Source: Octopus sinensis
Taxonomy: Eukaryota
Length of the DNA: 64,000 nt
NCBI RefSeq assembly: GCF_006345805.1
Contig: NC_043003.1
Coordinates: 19,096,001 to 19,160,000 of the forward strand
Direction of reading: 5' to 3'
Each line of letters opens with the position of its first letter. Within the stretch, counting starts at the first letter, position 1. The notes beneath the pieces are model-generated. The model was not told the origin of the DNA, searched no databases, and saw only the letters and a program-made list of their open reading frames with translations. A program made the position numbers and the translations under genes. Shown here piece by piece: positions 61,291-64,000 of this stretch.

Positions 61291-63542
61291 ATACATATAC
61301 ATGTATACATATGCATCTATAATATATACATATATATATATATATACATCTTTATATATATACATTTGTGCAGATGTATACATACATATATATATATATA
61401 TATACACATAATATTTCTATCTGTTCCACACTTTTAGCACTAATTAAAAATATAGAATACTGTCATTTTAATCTCTTAGCATTTATTCTACAAAACAAGT
61501 TTTAACATAAGATTATCTTATAATTTCATATCATATTTTTAATATATATCATAATTAAGTTGGCAAGCTAGTATAATTGTTAGGATGCTGGGCAAAATAT
61601 TTTGTGGCATCACATCTGAGTTCAAGTTCTTCTAATGTTAACTTTTTTTTTCTTCCATTCAGGGTCAATAAAATATGTACCAGTTGAGGATTGGAACCAA
61701 TGTAATCAACCTAGCCCCACATTCAAATTTGACCTTGTGCTAAAATTTGAGAGCAGCATTATATATTACAATGTTATATAATATTTATAGAGTGGTTGGC
61801 GTTAGGAAGGGCATCCAGCCGTAGAAACACTGCCAGATCTGACTGGGCCTGACGAAGCCTTCCAGCTTCACAGACCCCAGTTGAAAGCTTCCTTTTAATT
61901 TGACATATTAAAATTCTTGTTAATGATTGTTGGAGAATATGTCAGTGGAAAATGACTTTATAGAAAGATGCAAAAATGAGGCAAAAATGTGCGCGTGACA
62001 TCTTAGGAAAGTTTTTCTGCTTTTAATTAAGCTCTAGCTTTTATCATCTTATTATTGAGTCATTTTTTCAAATTTATCTTCCCTGCCATGCAGTTTTTAA
62101 AAAATCCACTTGCATTATTGCAAAGGCTGGTTTCTTTATATATGAACATGAACATAGGAAAATTTTGAGTATTTGAATGCAGAAGGATTTTTGCTTTTCT
62201 CATTTAACAAAGAATAGCAAAATGTTTATTTGCTCTTTATTATTCTTTTTTATTTTTTGTACAATATGCAGCCCACATCAACTCAGTAATGTTACAAACT
62301 ATGCACACTTTATTGTCTAAGATTATCTCATTATAGGATCATGGCATTAAAAAAAATTTCTGTGAGGGACTGAAGCTTTATTGGCAATGGTCTTTATCTC
62401 ATGAATCTGGTAAGATATTTTGGATTGGGAAGCTTGACCTTTCTGTAATATCTATACTGGTATTTGAACCTATCAAACCCAAACCTGCTATATATATGCA
62501 ATACATTTTTTTTTTTTTTTTTGGCATCAAATGTTACATTTGTTATTTTAGGACATAAACTCAGTTGACAATGACCTACAAATCCACTTACAAATGACCT
62601 ACAAATCCACCATATTTCTGTATGCTAGAGTCTATTTATGTTGTCAAGTATCGAGTAGCTGCAGTCAGCTGAATATAGAATGAATTTTCACTAATCAAGG
62701 ACTTGAGAGCAAGCCATTAATTATGCATAGGCAACCTCTTACAGGAAGCAGGCCACTTGAAATATGATTCAGCATCAAGCAGGCCACATTACTAAACAAT
62801 ATTCAAGGTAATTTTCTGTTAGGTTTATCATTCAGAATGTCCTGCAGGCCACAGGACGCCCATGAGTGACATTAAACATGCAGCAAAACTGTGTCACATT
62901 TCACACTTCAGTGTTTGGTTTTGTGGTCACAGGATCACAATTACGTTGCACCTGTTTTATTGCTCGTTCTATTCACATACGATTATAAGATTACATATCT
63001 CATAAGTTGTTATCTGTTGGTGGCAACAGGACTAAGCAATAGCAAATTCAACTTAACCTTTAGTATGTTTAGGTGCATCAAGTCACTGTATAAGTTCCCT
63101 CCTCTGTAGCTACAGGTGCATTGTATTGCAGTGAGAGGGGAGAAAACTCATACAACAACATGGTGTGCCTACAGTGTACTAAAGGTTAATATTTTGTTTC
63201 GTTGGCAGTTCTGACAATCTTAGGATTATATGAGATGTATGCAGTTTTACTCGTTAGAATCCTGAAATAACAAACGAAGACAACTTTTTTTTTCTTGTAT
63301 GTGTGTGTGATTATTTACGACTCCTTGATATAACAATACAATATCTGATGCAACTAAACATCAAGTGGCTCTTGTAATGTTTAATAGAATTGGTTAGAAT
63401 CTATATAATATGAAGAGAAGGGAACAGTAAACTAACCAACTGAGATCTCTATTGTAAATATGTCTTTTATTATTATTATTTGTTTTTTCTTGACATAATG
63501 TCCAACATTGAAGAGATGATTAGCAGGCTGTGATATAATATA

Positions 63543-63773
63543 CAGGGTGGACCAAAAGTCATGCACCAAAATGTCATTTACATTACATTATTATTATTAT
63601 TATTATTATTTTTATTTTTATTAGTCATTCCATTCATCATGTACAAGTATGTGTGTATTCATCATTATTTTATTTATTTCGTTCAATTTTTTGCAAAAAA
63701 ATTGAAGCATGTTTTTGATAATTCCTGAGTGGCATATTGAACTTATTTTGTGCATGACTTTTGGCCTACACTG
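63543..63773. mobile_element. Tc1/mariner-type MITE (TA TSD)
   Basis: TA|CAGGGTGGACCAAAAGTCATGCAC ... GTGCATGACTTTTGGCCTACACTG|TA. A shorter relative lies at about 50234-50347. Confidence 0.8.
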
Positions 63774-64000
63774 TATAACAGCTTATCTTTATCCAAGAGG
63801 CTGAGAAATTGCTCTCAAAAGTAGTTTCTTGTAAATGGATAATCAGCAAAACAATTTTCTTTTTTAAAAAGTTAAACATTTTTCGTTCAACCTCAAATCT
63901 TTTCTTTCTCAAACAGACACAATTTTTATGACATATCTACTTTCTATTTCACTTATGTTTTTAACTTCAACCCTGTCTTCTCATTCCAACAAAAAGTTTA

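Noticed and set aside
63060-63262. Strong minus-strand acceptor (ttgttatttcag|G) as an upstream exon for the 42.8-kb candidate
   Set aside because: All three frames hit stops within about 25 codons, before any donor.

Overview
AT-rich animal genomic DNA, most likely an octopod (inferred from the repeat families and microsatellite load, not verified). 1428-28556 (+) holds the last 19 coding exons (1976 nt, about 658 codons including the stop) of a C2CD5/KIAA0528 orthologue. All have canonical AG/GT sites and consistent phases; the N-terminal C2 exons lie upstream of the window. The rest is intronic or intergenic and packed with repeats. These include at least six SINE-like families and LINE remnants (RTE, CR1, Tx1-like, R4/Dong-like). 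There are also a Penelope-like (PLE) GIY-YIG remnant, a Tc1/mariner transposase relic, TTAA- and TA-flanked MITEs, a Helitron nested in a MITE, a tRNA-Lys(UUU)-like pseudogene and mini/microsatellites. The main signal not shown by the ORF track is a set of type I hammerhead ribozyme (HHR) motifs found by eye. One is apparently intact (56990-57080, minus). Three are near-intact and lie on the sense strand of C2CD5 introns (938-985, 7935-7994, 10256-10328). Several are decayed, one of them forming the tail of a head-to-head tRNA-derived element (1781-2136). HHRs in PLEs are an established phenomenon; whether these particular families are described I cannot tell. A possible terminal coding exon of a second, minus-strand gene lies at 42797-42919. 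Repeat boundaries are approximate (about +/-20 nt) unless a TSD or TIR is given. No alignments or searches were run.
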